A stretch of 64,000 nt of DNA from Bigelowiella natans CCMP2755 (Eukaryota; Protista; Cercozoa). Shown in pieces: positions 49,301 through 63,474 of the stretch; position 1 is the first letter of the stretch; each line of letters begins with the position of its first letter. The stretch is from positions 1 through 64,000 of the forward strand of contig ADNK01001576.1 in assembly GCA_000320545.1 (NCBI GenBank). Reading direction: 5' to 3'. Under the pieces are notes generated by a model, which worked only from the letters and a program-made list of their open reading frames with translations, was not told where the DNA came from and did no database searches. Made by a program: the position numbers and the translations under genes.

Positions 49301-51240
49301 AGAAGGAATGCTGTCAACATTCCTTCTAATTTTCCTTCGCTCTTGATCTATAAATAATGTGCGCTTAATATCTACATCTATCGATAAGCGACGCAGAATC
49401 AAATCAATATATATTACCTGTTCAAAGACGTTTGCAGCATCGCCGGGAGTATCAATGTCCTGGTTCTTCTCCTCGACTGGGAATATGTAACCATCCGAAC
49501 TATATCCTTGCCCAGTTACTTTGTACATCTGACCAAAATGCCAAAGGCGGACCGTCGTCATTTTGCCGCAGGTAAGCGTTCCGGTCTTGTCAGTGCAAAT
49601 AAGCCTGATAGAAGTAAATATATCAATATATATTGGGTACATATTCCAAAATTTACATACGTGGTTGATCCAAGAGTTTCGACACTAGCCAATTTATTCA
49701 CAAGAGCTTTTTGCTTGCTCATGTTCTGCATACCAATAGCCAGAGAAATTGTCACACAAACAGGTAGGCCTTCAGGTACCGCAGCCACAGTAAGGGATAC
49801 AGCTATTAGAAGGAACTGTAACCATACGGGGTCCCCAGATGTGGGATCAGCTCCCCTTCCAGTCGACACACCAATAACGAAGATTAATATACTAACAGAG
49901 AGGGATGCAATACCGAGCTTGACTCCTAAATCTCCGAGTTTTTTCTTCAAAGGGGAGTCGCCTGCATCTACACCCTTTAACGTCTCCGCAAACTGTCCAA
50001 TCTTGGTCTTCATTCCGGTATTCAGCACAATACCTTTACCTTTGCCCTGTGTAACCTCGGTTCCCATGTACAGCATATTTGTAAGAGTTAGTTCTTTACT
50101 TTCTTCTTCTTTGCCATTATCAGTTTTTGTACTGGGATCTAAGTCTTCACTTTTCATATCATCCTTTGGTTTCTCAATTGGAGTTGGCTCGGTGGATTTT
50201 CGAACAGTAATTGATTCGCCCGTGAGCGATGCTTCGTTAACCTTCGGGTGGCATACAAGATATATTACAAGCGGCTAAAACTACCATTTAGTATATACTC
50301 TTTCCTTTACCTGCAAATCCTGTGCTTCAATTAGTCTAATGTCTGCTGCTCCTGTGTTTCCCGTGTTGATTATTACAATGTCCCCGGGAACGATATCTGT
50401 TCCATCGATTGTTACGATTTCACCGTCCCTTAACACCTCCACCTGTGCTACGACAAGCGAAGAGAGTGCTTCAAGAGCTGCGCCTGCACCATTTTCCTAA
50501 CAAAATAGTAGAAACTCTCATAACCTTCGACATTCGTAATATTCAAGTCTTCTCAACCTGGACAGCCCCAAGGATGGCGTTTCCCATTACAATAACAATA
50601 ATAGCGACTCCAGCAGCAAATTGACCCTGGAAATTACCGGATATGAAGATAATCGAATGGGAATGGGAACATCTTGATTGATCTCTGTACCAAAGCGAGT
50701 GAAACAATGCAGGCCGCAATCAGCATGATTACAAGAATATCCTCGAATCTGATTAGGGAGGCGTTTCAGGGATAATTTGGGTACAGATATATTTCGAGGA
50801 ACTTACTGCTCTATGAATAGCTGCAAAAATGTTGGTGGCGGGTCCTGAAAGTATCAATACTGTCATAGACCGTGCATTTATCTAAATTGGGCTATACCGA
50901 TTCCAACTCATTTTTCCCGTGTTCCTCAAGCCGTTTTTTTGCTTCAGCAGAAGAAAGACCTTTGTTCACGTCAACTTTGTGTCTCGAAATCAATTTTTCC
51001 AACGGGAGCTCTGCCTCTGATATTTAGAGACACGCTTCCATTAGTATATGAGATATGAGGTACTACTCGCATTAAATCATTGAATTCTCTAGGACCAGTA
51101 TCAATAAAACTTGCTTGTCTAGCAGCCTCTTTTAACATTCGAAGCTCCTCTACTGTAAGAGTTTTGACAGGGGTTTCCTCAGGAATTGGTTCAGAGCCTG
51201 CCCATTCTTTTGCAGTTTTGAAAAGATTCTTTGTTGACAT
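46342..51240 (-). CDS. P2-type cation-transporting P-type ATPase (Ca2+/Na+ class, possibly ATP4/ENA-like), multi-exon
   Basis: [83 protein letters not shown]. Confidence 0.93.
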
Positions 51241-53136
51241 AGTTTTCCCTAGATCATTGGCAAACACAATGGAACGTAGATATTTCAATGCTTTCTAATG
51301 CACAAGACCGCCATAATTGATTCACAGAAACATGCAAAGTGCATGATGTGTAATCTACCTGTTGTATTTGAATTTCCTCTCGGTCTTGTGGGACGGGTCG
51401 GCATGTGTACAGGACTTTCCATGGTTGTGAAATCGTGTTCAAAAAAGAATCCAATGTGAGGTGTGGAGGGGAGCACTGAATATTAAGTTGGTGCCCCTCC
51501 TTTTGATAGAATCAAAGTATTTTCCATCAAGAGACATCAAATTCAGTTTGTCGCAATGCAGTTTCCGAAGCATTCAATCCGGACACGTGCTGTGTGAGCT
51601 TCCAACTTTTCCGCTTTTAGTCGTGTGGTTGCTAGAAAACGGAGCCCCTTTGGTCCTTTGTGAGCTGAATCCTGTAATCCCTGGGAAAATAAATAAAATC
51701 AGGCTTCTAGATCTATTTTTAGTTTTGCTAAATTTGTCCGATTTCAATGATTTCAAGCATCATTGGAACAGCTTCCAGTTTCTTTTGATGCATTTCCATG
51801 GATTTCTTGTTCCCGCCTCCTCCAAACCGAACGTTGAAGTGTGCACAATCGCATGTCGTAGGGCCAATTCAAAATGAAAATGGCGCAATTGAAAGAAGTT
51901 TGCGAGCAGTCCCAATTTGCCATGCGCATTGACTGATCACACGCCTTGTTCAAGCAAAATTTGCAGACGCCACAGCGTGACAACGCAATTGAGTTCCATG
52001 TTTTCACGCGCAGTCTGCCAGTCTGGGGCCACAAATTTGCAAATGCTCCTGCAAACGTGTCCAACTCCATGCCATCTGACATCATGCTGGCATGGCCACA
52101 CAAGCATCCATGGCCCACGCACAGCAAATCCCGCGCATGCCAGGAAGGGGGTTTCAAACTTCGATGTTTTCCGCCGCGCGCTGGACTGTCTAGCTGTGCT
52201 CGTGTGTGAAAACGTCGCGTGTTCGTGCCAGCGTGGTTGAATTGTGACACTGAACAAGACTGGAAGAGTGCTGGAATGGGCGCTTTGGTGTGTTCTGGTG
52301 TTCACAAAAAGGTTTGCATTTCTGGCTTTCCAGCTTTCGTTTGTGTCACGTTTCTGGGTTTGTTTGCATGCCATTGCCGTCACAGTCACGCACCGCAATT
52401 TCACAATCACCTTTCGCAAAGACATGCCAGCATGCTGTCATGCCCAACTAGCCAAGCTAAGCGACGCACAGCATCACAGTGCATGTGCAAACGGTGGCAA
52501 CCAGCACGATGTTTCACTTGCCATTGTTCTTGTGCTGGCGTGTTCATTGCTTGAACATGGCAAGTGCAAAAAATCACAAAGCTTCCAGTGGTGAGTGCAT
52601 GGAGAGTTCTCACTTTCATGGTTGAGCTAGCAAGCGAGGAAGTTGCAACGACTAGTCAGGCTAGCAGGGCTGGCTAAAAGCTGGTGGGAAAGCTAGAAAG
52701 CATGCATCTTCAAAAACTAGAAGAGGCAGGAATCTCCAGCGTCGATGTAGACATCAAGTCGATTGCATTGACGAGAAGCAATGCTTTGTGCAAGTGCTAA
52801 TGCAACATGTTGTCAATTTGGGCTGTCTAGCTGTCGTAAAGGTGTCAAGCAATCTAGCAATGCCGTAGACAAATCCTTTCAATCCCCAAGCTAGCAAGTT
52901 GTTCTATTTCTTTGTGCACAATTCAGATCGCGCCACGGACGTGCTTGTGCGTCAGGCAAGCTGTTGCATCTAGACATCTAGCTAGCTAGACATTGCGTGC
53001 GCACATGTGACATGCAAATACGCGCAAGCACAAGAGTTTGACTTTGCATCAAATATCTGTCCAACAAGTTTTTGACAGTTCTAGAATTACTACGATGCTT
53101 CATTACACCATTTATTCCCTATGACACTCTGGACAG

Positions 53137-53865
53137 TCAACTAGCAGCTTCAAGTGGAACACTCACTTCATATTTCCCCAGTTATCAATGAATATGCGGT
53201 GTAAGGCAGCATCAACATCAAGGGAATGTCTCCCAAATGTGCAATAACTCCTCCAATATTCCGTCCCTTTGGACCATAAGTCTAAAACATAGAATTAAGA
53301 CTTACTCCATCTCTCCATCTTAAATCGAATAAGGGTGCTACTAGTAGTAAAGGCGAGAGGGTGGAACAAGGAAAACATCTGAAAACAAAGCCTTCATGAG
53401 ACAACAGACCTGGTATCCAACTCCATAGATGCATCTTCCAACTGCAAAGATAAAACAAAATACAGCTGACAATTTGGGGTTGAAGAACCCGTTGATAAGT
53501 GTCAGAATTATGACTTGAGACCAAGTCTCTAAATAATTCTGATGTGCTCGCTGGATGCAGTTGAACCTGAGAAATTCCACAAATATGGTTCAGTATTCCG
53601 ATGCCCATATTCAAAATTTAAGAAACAATCTTTACTTGTCTTCATGTTTATGCCCAGGTGGAGCGTAGAGAGCTGGATATACAACACCAAAATCCTTCCT
53701 ATGTGCGCGCAGGATGATTAATAGATAGAAGAAAATAGCGCACGAAAAGTGCCAATACCTTGCTTTGATAACTGAGAAGACGAGAAACATGTTTGTAAGG
53801 AAGGTAGAGAAGATTGCCAGCATGACGAATCCAAAGTCAGCGGAAAGGGTAAGTTGGACTGCCAT
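53137..53865 (-). CDS. MGST3: MAPEG-family microsomal glutathione S-transferase 3-like, multi-exon
   Basis: KAR|K.FGVVYPALYA, FNCIQRAHQNYLE, GRCIYGVGY, GPKGR. Confidence 0.9.
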
Positions 53866-54339
53866 CTTTTCTTAATGCCTTCGTTCGAATTTTGAGAGGT
53901 ATTGAAGGGCATTTATATTCTGAGACAATATCTAGTTGCCATTTAACTCTAGTAACACCCTGAAAGATTGAAGGAATGATCTCAAGGAGATGTTGCGCTA
54001 ATAGAATAGAGACGACATGAATATTCTTCTGTCTTCATTATACAATGGAATCCTTTTCTTAATGCATCGGCTAGAGCTAAGAAATAGTACTTTTATCCAA
54101 GAAACATCAAGATGGGACTACTACATCAAGTCCTCCTACGAACAAGTTTGTGTTCCAGCTATAACTGATTATGTAATTTATTATATCGTATAAATATCTA
54201 TAAAATATTTCCTTAAAAGTTGGCAATCACAAGAGCTGATAACCCACAGAAGATCGTAGACCCCCTTTCCCTATCACAGCTGGGGGGTAAGAGGTGAGAC
54301 CAAGGCGGAGGACCCTGGTGCCAGGGGCCATTGTCTGTG

Positions 54340-55652
54340 ATGGATGATGATGATCTTGACTTGGATCTTGACCTGGGGAATCTGGAAGAGGTTGCTACGT
54401 ATGATGAAGTCGACAGAGCACACCTTGATAAGACTGATAGGCTAGCAATTGTTAATATTATGCTTCTATGGCCATTGATTTAACAGGATCTAAAGGATCT
54501 TGCAGCGGAAGCTGAGGGCGATGCTATTCTGGATGCAATGCTCGAAGAGCACAATATTACCACTGAGAAGACAGCTGCGGAGAAAAACGTCGGGGGGGGG
54601 AACAATTTCGCTGGACTCGATCACTTAGACGATGGGTTAGGTTCCTTTACTCTCTCGAACGATATAGATCTAGAGGATGACGACGAGGACGATTTGCAAA
54701 ATGGCGGTGACGACAGCGGAGATAAGAAGTGCAATAAGCCAACCATCCGTCCGAAGAAACAGGCAGACATGAAGACTAGATCCAGCGTCCCATCATTGCT
54801 ATCGGTCACTCCCCCAAAGCTAGATTTTCTTGCGAAAGAACAGGCAATATCAGATCAGTATGTTGGCGGAATCTCCGCTGCGCTGACTGTGAAAAGCCAA
54901 GCAGAGACGGGTGTCGTGTTCATCGTGCTGACGAACTCCAAAGAGAACATTATCGTTAAGCCTAAATGCGGCCTTCTGATGGGTAAGAAACACATTTTAT
55001 GATATATTATTCGTATGTGCTGTAAACATTATATCCACATCTCACGAATTTGGACTTTGTGCAATTTAAGATTCCAACGCAATCGGAGTGGTTCGTGTCT
55101 ACGTGAAGTACGGGCTGAATGTCGACGCTCAAGGGAAAACGTTACCCCCTCCCAAGAACACAAAGCTGTTGTTTATATCGTATCCTATGAGCGATGAGGA
55201 GGCACAGATGTAGATAATGCTAAAAAATTCATACTTATTGCAGAATTTCTACTCTCCCCCACCACCCTCTCTTCCTGTTTCTCTTATATGCATTGTTCTG
55301 AGATCAAATTACATGATCAGCTTCGCTGATGAAGACAAGTACACACTCTGGAAAAATCTTCGTAAGAGAGATATTGATTCAGGGTAGTAAGAAAATACAT
55401 AATAGGTGAAGAGTGGTTGGTTGTTGGGGTAGTAGTAGTAGTAGTAGTAGTAGTAGTATTTGTAGGTGTGCAAATCCCCCCTTCCTCTCGTGTCTACATC
55501 TTCTTGGACCTTTGATTGAGTTTGTGTTGTAATTTTGAAACAGATCTCTCACCGTGATTCCTCTGTCCTGGAAAGAGGTCAGTTTTCACAGCACAATAAA
55601 GCAATACGATAGAAGTCACGTATGTAACCAAAACGGACTGCCCATATCCATC

Positions 55653-55692
<40 letters not shown>

Positions 55693-56653
55693 TTCTCTTT
55701 TCTATTTCCGTTTGCTCTTCCTGTGCTTTGCATATATGCCGTAAGTATTTTGCTAGCGTTCCCACGCTGAATGTAGCTCATATCATAACCAACGATGGCA
55801 GATTCAAATAATAGATCCCAGAAAACTAGCACAAAACTGAGTTTTATTTCGTTGCTTTGGCTCCTACTAATACCATTGCTTTTACTACTACCACTACCAC
55901 AACTGCTCCTGCTACTGCTACTACTATTCTCTCCAGGTTGAAAGCGGAAAGGGGGCTAATGTTAAGATATCTCCGGGCTATCTTCCCTACTACCAGAACC
56001 CAGAGAATCTTGACATGTGGGCTGCAAAGACAACAATTTCCGTTGCGAAGGCTGCGGAGGAAGGATACGTCTGGCAAGTATGTGTGTAGCTCCGACTTTC
56101 GTGTCCTTCGGTCTTTCATAAAGCCTTGGGGATAGTTGTAGGAGACTGAGCATTTTTCTTATGTTTGGTTTAAAGTTAATACTAAGTTTGTTTGTGCGTG
56201 TGTGCGTGTGTTTGTGTGTGTGCGTGTGTGTGTGTGCGTGTTTATGTGCTTATGGTGCGTGCGGGATCGTTTTGTGTTGGATGTAATTATATCTATTCAT
56301 ATTTTAATGCCTCGCAGGTAAAGACGGACGCCCCTGATAGACAACAGTTGCTACCGGAAACATCGGGATACTTGCCTCCAGGGAGCTCTAAAAGTCTCTT
56401 TCGTTTTCATCGATCACCGTTGATTACTCTTGCCACACACACACACACACACACACACACATTAGCATTACGCACGTGTGATGAGCGTCTGTGTTTGTAT
56501 GCAGGCATATATACCGTGGTGGAAGGAGGCCATGGTAGTGTTTCTGATATGAGGGAGACGGAACATCGATTGCTTCTACTCTACTCCCCAATATCACCGG
56601 TAGTTTGTGTATGCTGCGTTTGAAGCAGAGAAGGATATATAGCTAGGTGTAAT

Positions 56654-56701
<48 letters not shown>

Positions 56702-57514
56702 CGTGTGTGTTACTTTATAGATATGTACTTTTGGTCGATAATTTCAACACGAAGTTGTGAAAGCTACGCTAACATTTTTGAATGCTTTTGCTGTGATCTG
56801 CTTACACCACGCCGCAAGATCGAGCTTCCAGAAAAACCCGAGCATATCTTCGACGCGACAACCTATCCTCAGTCAGAACTTTGATTAGCATCGCTGCACG
56901 AATCAGTTGCACATCCGCATACGATACGTTTCTCACAATTTTCGAATTCATATGAAAACTTATGCCTCTGACCCTCTGCACGTAGCAAATAAAATATAGC
57001 CTTCAGGACGAGGAAAATTCCTTTTCAACAACACCAACAAAAGCCGCATCTATTTCGCAGCATCAGAATCTTAAATGGTTCCGAATATGTCAGCATGCGC
57101 ATCAAGGCTGGTTTTGATTGTTTGGTCAGGATGGTGTGGTTTGAGAGGGTACTCAGCTGCAAGTACGGCTACTTAGCTCAACCACCAGAATCATCGTTTC
57201 CATCCACCGCCCCCCATGGCAATGTAGAAATTAGTCCTGACAACACTCCGAGAAAGGGGGAGAGGAAGCAATCAAGAGACGTCACTCCCACGCGCGGTAA
57301 ACATCGTACACCGCGTCGCTTGCCTCGCCGAACGAGCAGCTTTAGCGAAGTCTCCTCTCCCATCAAGTCTCCCAAATCGCCTATGAGTGAGGGTGGGGAT
57401 AATTTTGGTGCCTCCTTCATGCTCGACAAAGAGCAAAGATCTGGTTGATACACACAGAGCATTGCTCACGCATAGACCACGCATGTTGTCCTTCACGAGA
57501 GCTGATAGTGAGCG

Positions 57515-57557
<43 letters not shown>

Positions 57558-57657
57558 TGAGAATACTCTGGGGGAGGGGGCGGGTGGAAACTTGATAGTG
57601 AAATCTACGACGCAGAAACACAAGCACGCACAGAGAGCAAAACTTTCCGTTTGTTCG

Positions 57658-57729
<72 letters not shown>

Positions 57730-58126
57730 AACATATATTTGTGTGATATGCACGTATTACAAAATTTCCACGGATCTTATCAATAAAGTAGCTTTATACA
57801 TTGCCAGACGAGCCCATACCTATGGGCGTGAGTCAAATGCGTGTCAAGTGCAACCCCCTAGCTTCCACACCAGAGCCGCACACAGTAAAGCTCTCCAACA
57901 AGGTCTTTCATCCTTATTGCAAAGAATAATATAAAGGGAAACATCGAGGCATTCTTTTTTGATATCAGGGATCACAACGAATAGCCTTTCGAGTGTCATT
58001 CCTTGGAGACCCTGAAACAACACGCCCGCTCACTGTAAGGCCGTCTGTTGGCTTTATAGACGCGGGGAAGAAGGTGTCAATTACAGATGTTTCTGCTGTT
58101 CTCTCTCTCTCGCTCTCTCTCTCTCG

Positions 58127-58163
<37 letters not shown>

Positions 58164-58512
58164 GTGTATGTGTGTGTGTTTTTCCAAGTACATGAGTTTC
58201 TTTCCGAATCCATCAGGCGAGACTGCTTCTTCTTTTTCAACCACCGGATTTGGACGCAAACCTAGGTGACAAGTGACTGTCCTCCTCGTCGTACAGTAAA
58301 CGTTGCAGCTGGCGTATTATGCACGCAGTTGTCTTTGCGTGTTCCCCATCGATTTCTCTATATCAAATCTTAGATGTATGCATGTGTGTCATGTATGTAT
58401 ACGGTGCAGCAAATCCTGAGTTGAAGATCGATATGCTCATCGCTCCCAAAGCAGCGAAGAAAAGGGAGTATGAGGATGCAGAGGAGGTGGATATTCCAAC
58501 GCACATGCGAGT

Positions 58513-58552
<40 letters not shown>

Positions 58553-58840
58553 TCTTCCTCCCCCCCCGCCCGCCCGCTCCTCAACCACACATACAGACAG
58601 ACACAAATTCACACACAAAGAGAAGAATATGGGGGGGGGGGAGAGAGAGAGAGAGAGTGAGAGAAAATAAAAAGGAGTCAATAAAAATTCTGTTTCATAA
58701 AGTTTTAAGTTGTTAAAAATTGCAAATACGTCACCAGATATGGACGGCAGAGGTGGAGCCTACGTACTGCGCCGAGATGAAATGCGAGTGCAAATGCTGT
58801 ACCGCAGGGTATGTTCATACATAATATAAATATGTACATA

Positions 58841-58877
<37 letters not shown>

Positions 58878-59889
58878 AATATACATATTTATCGAATGTC
58901 ATCTACAATTGCAACGATGAAACTGCACGTGCACAGCAACGAAGATTGCAAGCGTTTGAGTACGACAACATCAATCATAAATGGAATCAAGCCAACATTG
59001 CAAATTCATCCTCTCCCAGATCTCCGACTATGCGCAGAGGATATACACCAACAGCCGTCTCCTCAACGTCACCCCGAGGCGGAAGTTTCTCCTTCTCTGA
59101 AGGGAGTCAAGGGGATGGAAATCTGCCTAAACACGCTGGAGGCGTCCTTAAGATGGTTTTCTCCAAGCTGCATCAGTTGGGCCTCTCAGTCGATGATGTC
59201 GCAGCAAATCCCAGGTTCATTCGGCATGAATCGCGCACTTACACATCGACAAAGGAGACTCACACATGAGGAACATTCGTATTCATTTAGACAATAGATG
59301 AATGCCAATGTATGTGGATCGACGTTCGCAGAGAATTTCAAAGTGCATAGTGTGCACGAATCTTCACTTTGTTACGAATGTGGGTGCATGCGGTGAATTT
59401 TTGGGGCGTTTTCATCCAAAACCGAGGTGACATGTCTAAATGACATGTTTTTTGCACACGTGCGTGTGGTCTTAGTGCTGTATCACGTGCCTTGAAGATT
59501 GCTCTCCAAGAAGATGCAAGAAAGAAAAAAGAACAGCGGAAGAGTCCTGATGCATCTGCAGACGCCTCTGGCGTCATTCCTCCTCCTCCACCAGCAGGGC
59601 TGCTCCCCCCCCCTCCTCCAGGGGATGGAGTTCCGCCGCCGCCGGCTTTGGGAAGCATCCCCCCCCCACCGCAGTTGGATGGAGCGCTGCCACCACCACC
59701 GGGTATAGCAGGTGTTCCACCGCCTCCAGGAGGTAAAAGTGCAATCATGCAGCATGTTTGTTGGACGAAGTAAGAAAGAAGAGGAATGGTTCCCGCTTTA
59801 ATCCTCTCCACCATGGCTAGAGCAGAGATGTAATCCTCTCGATCATGGTTGAACCGGAGATGTCCTGAGAAAACGGCACAAACACGCAC

Positions 59890-59928
<39 letters not shown>

Positions 59929-61178
59929 GCGTTGCGTTGCGTTCCAATGGATTTTCTTTTGTTTCGAGTTAAGCGAAGTTTTTCTGTAACATCAGGTATC
60001 CCCCCTCCCCCAGGAATGGGCGGTATCCCCCCTCCCCCAGGAATGGGCGGTGTCCCGCCCCCCCCAGGGATGGGAGGGGGGTTGCCCCCTCCCCCAAAGG
60101 CCGGGGAGAATGTTCGAAAGAAATCGAAAGAAGAGATTAAGAGGGAGAAGGAGGAGCAAGCATTGCTGGCAATGGGCCTGCAGAAAAAGGTGATACTACC
60201 ACTACGTTGGGTTTTTCTCTGTTCTAGTCTTCTCTCCCTCGTATCTCTCGTTCTCAAATCCAACATGCGCCTTCCTATCAGCTGCTGCATGCAGTGAATC
60301 AACGTTTCCATGTTCTTAGAACAAATATCGAGGGAAAGCGCACAAAGCCTGTATTTTGCTGCAAATGATAAATAGGTGATGGATACGCCGACGCCTAACC
60401 GTAAGATGAAGCGGCTACATTGGGACTCTTTAGACGCTACTTCTATCAAGGTGTGTTTGTTTATTGTGCAGCGAAAACACATTTTCCGTAGTGATTGTAT
60501 ATGCGCGCACGTGCTCAGTTACTTTCTCTTTTCCTGTTTCTCAATTTCTATTTTCTCAAATGTCGGAGCGTGTGTGTGTGTTTGTGTGTGCGTTTTGTGT
60601 ATATGAGTAATATGTTTATCACGAGGAAGGACAGAGAAATGCATTTCGGACTGATTTAACCGTATTTGTGAAAAGGATACGATATTCCACGAGCTTCTCA
60701 AAGAGGAGGAAAATGATGAAGACGACTTTGATTCAAAGGTAACATATCCAATTGAAAAAGAGCAAAAAGTCTCTGGATCAATGGAGTGATGCAAATGAAA
60801 TAATCACTAAGGGATTCGAAGCCGCTTTCGGAGCTATAGTCGCAAAGGCTAAGAAGAAGAAGAAAAAGAAGGATATGGATAATGTGAGAAACCATCAGAA
60901 TCGGATTTGTGTTGAATATCACCATGAATAATGTGGCCTTATTAGAAGAGTGCGAATAAAGCTGCGGAAAAGAAGAAGAAGTCCGTTCAACTTCTGGACG
61001 CCAAGACGACTCGAAACGTGCTGATCGCTACTTCGAGAATCAAAGGCTCCAAGGAGGTATGAGAATGAGCGATGCGTGCGGCAAGTTCATTGATAAGCAC
61101 TATTATTGATCGTAGAATATGGCAGATTTCCACGTCATAGATGCGGTTTTATAAAAACCTTTGCGTGTTGTTTGTATG

Positions 61179-61222
<44 letters not shown>

Positions 61223-61356
61223 GGTTCATAAAAGGAATTGGTGGCAAATTTAATCGGAATGAGAAGAGGGAAGCTCGACGTTGAAACGCTACGCCGTGTG
61301 CAAGGTAGGACGCACGACAGTACCGAAGCAGCTGTTTCTTCTCTCTCCCCTCTTTC

Positions 61357-61414
<58 letters not shown>

Positions 61415-61771
61415 TCTTTCCAATTTCTTTCTTTCACACATAAATATGCATACGCAGGCATATTTCCTTCTCCGGAGGAAATCGCTACCGTTGCAAGGTA
61501 TAAAGGCAAGGCAGAGGACCTGGCGGAGACGGAGAGGCTTTTTCTCGCATTTGCAAAGGATAAGTCACTGAAGAGGAAGATATCTTGGATGCTGTACATG
61601 GCCGATTTTCCAGCTGTTTGCCGCGAGCTCAAGAGAAAGCTGGATGTCCTTAACAAGGCTATTCATTCTCTGATAAACTCGCAGGTTTAAAGGCCGAACG
61701 TATAAATGCTCGTGTGTATATCATTGCGTGAGCATGCGATTGTGTATGTGTTTGTATGTGCCTAAGCGGAT

Positions 61772-61812
<41 letters not shown>

Positions 61813-62144
61813 TCTCTGCCTGTGGCCTTCAGTGCTTGAGGCTGCTGCTTCGTATCGTCCTGAAGCTAGGCAACTACATGAATGCTGGGTCGAAGAAAGG
61901 CCGGGCATACGGGTATGGGGCACAGGCATAAAAAAGATCATCATTTTACCATGCTGTAGTTTCGTAGGCTTGCGGGTAGATGAAAGAGAGGCAGAAAGGA
62001 TAACGTTTTTAGCAAAAGCTGTTTCTGCCTATTCTCGCCCTTAGCACCCAACAGAAGCCATCCTTTTTTTGGGTTTTTGTGAGCTGCAGAATGCCAGCTC
62101 TGTCATGGTTCTCCCTAATCTAACTTTGCTGAAATTTTCCTTTG

Positions 62145-62185
<41 letters not shown>

Positions 62186-62745
62186 GTCCGTCCTCGCTCT
62201 AAACTTGTAAGATTCAAGCTGAAGACACTCATGCAACTCTCTGGCATCAAAAGTGCCGATAGGAAGACTAGTCTTCTCGGATATGCCATAAAGCATATGA
62301 TAGAGAAAAATCATGATCCAACACAGATTCTTACCGATCTTAAAGATGTCGAGGCTGCGGCTCGGGTAGTTCTAGCATGCCCCCCCCCCTTCCCTCCTCC
62401 CTCCTTCCTTTCCTCTGGTTGTGTCGGTACATTTGGACTTTGCATTTAGCGTTTTGAGTGTCAAGATTTCGTGTTGCGATTTACACGAATAAGCGTCTTG
62501 TTGATTGACACGTATTTTGAATCAGATTGAATCAAAAGCCCTGTCCTCGGAAGTGGCAAAGATGGGAACAATTGTGCGGGCAATGACGGATAAAATTCTG
62601 AACAAAAAATCCGTAATAAGCAGAATCGCCTATACATTTTTCCTTTTTCCCGCCGTTTGTGCGCATTTTTGCTGAAGCGGAGAAGCCAATGATCGATATG
62701 TTGTTATCTATTGAAATCGCGCGTTGCTAACTATCAGCGTCCTTA

Positions 62746-62799
<54 letters not shown>

Positions 62800-63068
62800 C
62801 GTGTGTCATGATCACAAAGGTGAGTGAAGCTAAGGAATTGGCGGAGTACCCCGATGATGTCATCGTATTTTGTGAGAAAGGTTCGTCTCTGCTATACTCA
62901 AAACTGCCATGCTTCCATCAAGTATATCTCTTCCGGCGTCTATATCGTTCTCCTACTTATCGATCCCTTTATTTTTTGTACAAAGCGAGAATTGTGACAA
63001 GATGCAATTAAGATTGAGATCGAGAGAGAGAATCATACACAAATGAGACTATATGTGTAGACTATATA

Positions 63069-63111
<43 letters not shown>

Positions 63112-63420
63112 TATTTTCAGGGGCAGAGGAGCATCGTCTCCTGAGTGATTCTGTGGAGAAGACAAAGGGTATGTTCTCTCTAGGAGTCACGTTAAAGAAA
63201 GGCCATTCCTAGGAGAGATTGAAAACAATTTGGTTGCATAGGAAAACCATTGTGTTTGTTTGGAAGAACGCACCGTGTCAAGCCGAGCTTGTCTGCTTGA
63301 ATCATGGCTGAATACTATCATAATTATTGTCTAAATTGTGTAGGAGAATTTCTTAAGATGACGAATTTCTTCACGCTGGAGATGAAGGATAAAACCGCAT
63401 TCGAAGAGGCTTTTAAGCTA

Positions 63421-63474
<54 letters not shown>

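Noticed and set aside
51753-52619. Cluster of overlapping 70-165 aa ORFs on both strands
   Set aside because: Explained by the absence of TA (no TAA/TAG stops); the translations are Cys/His/Trp-rich with no recognisable motifs.
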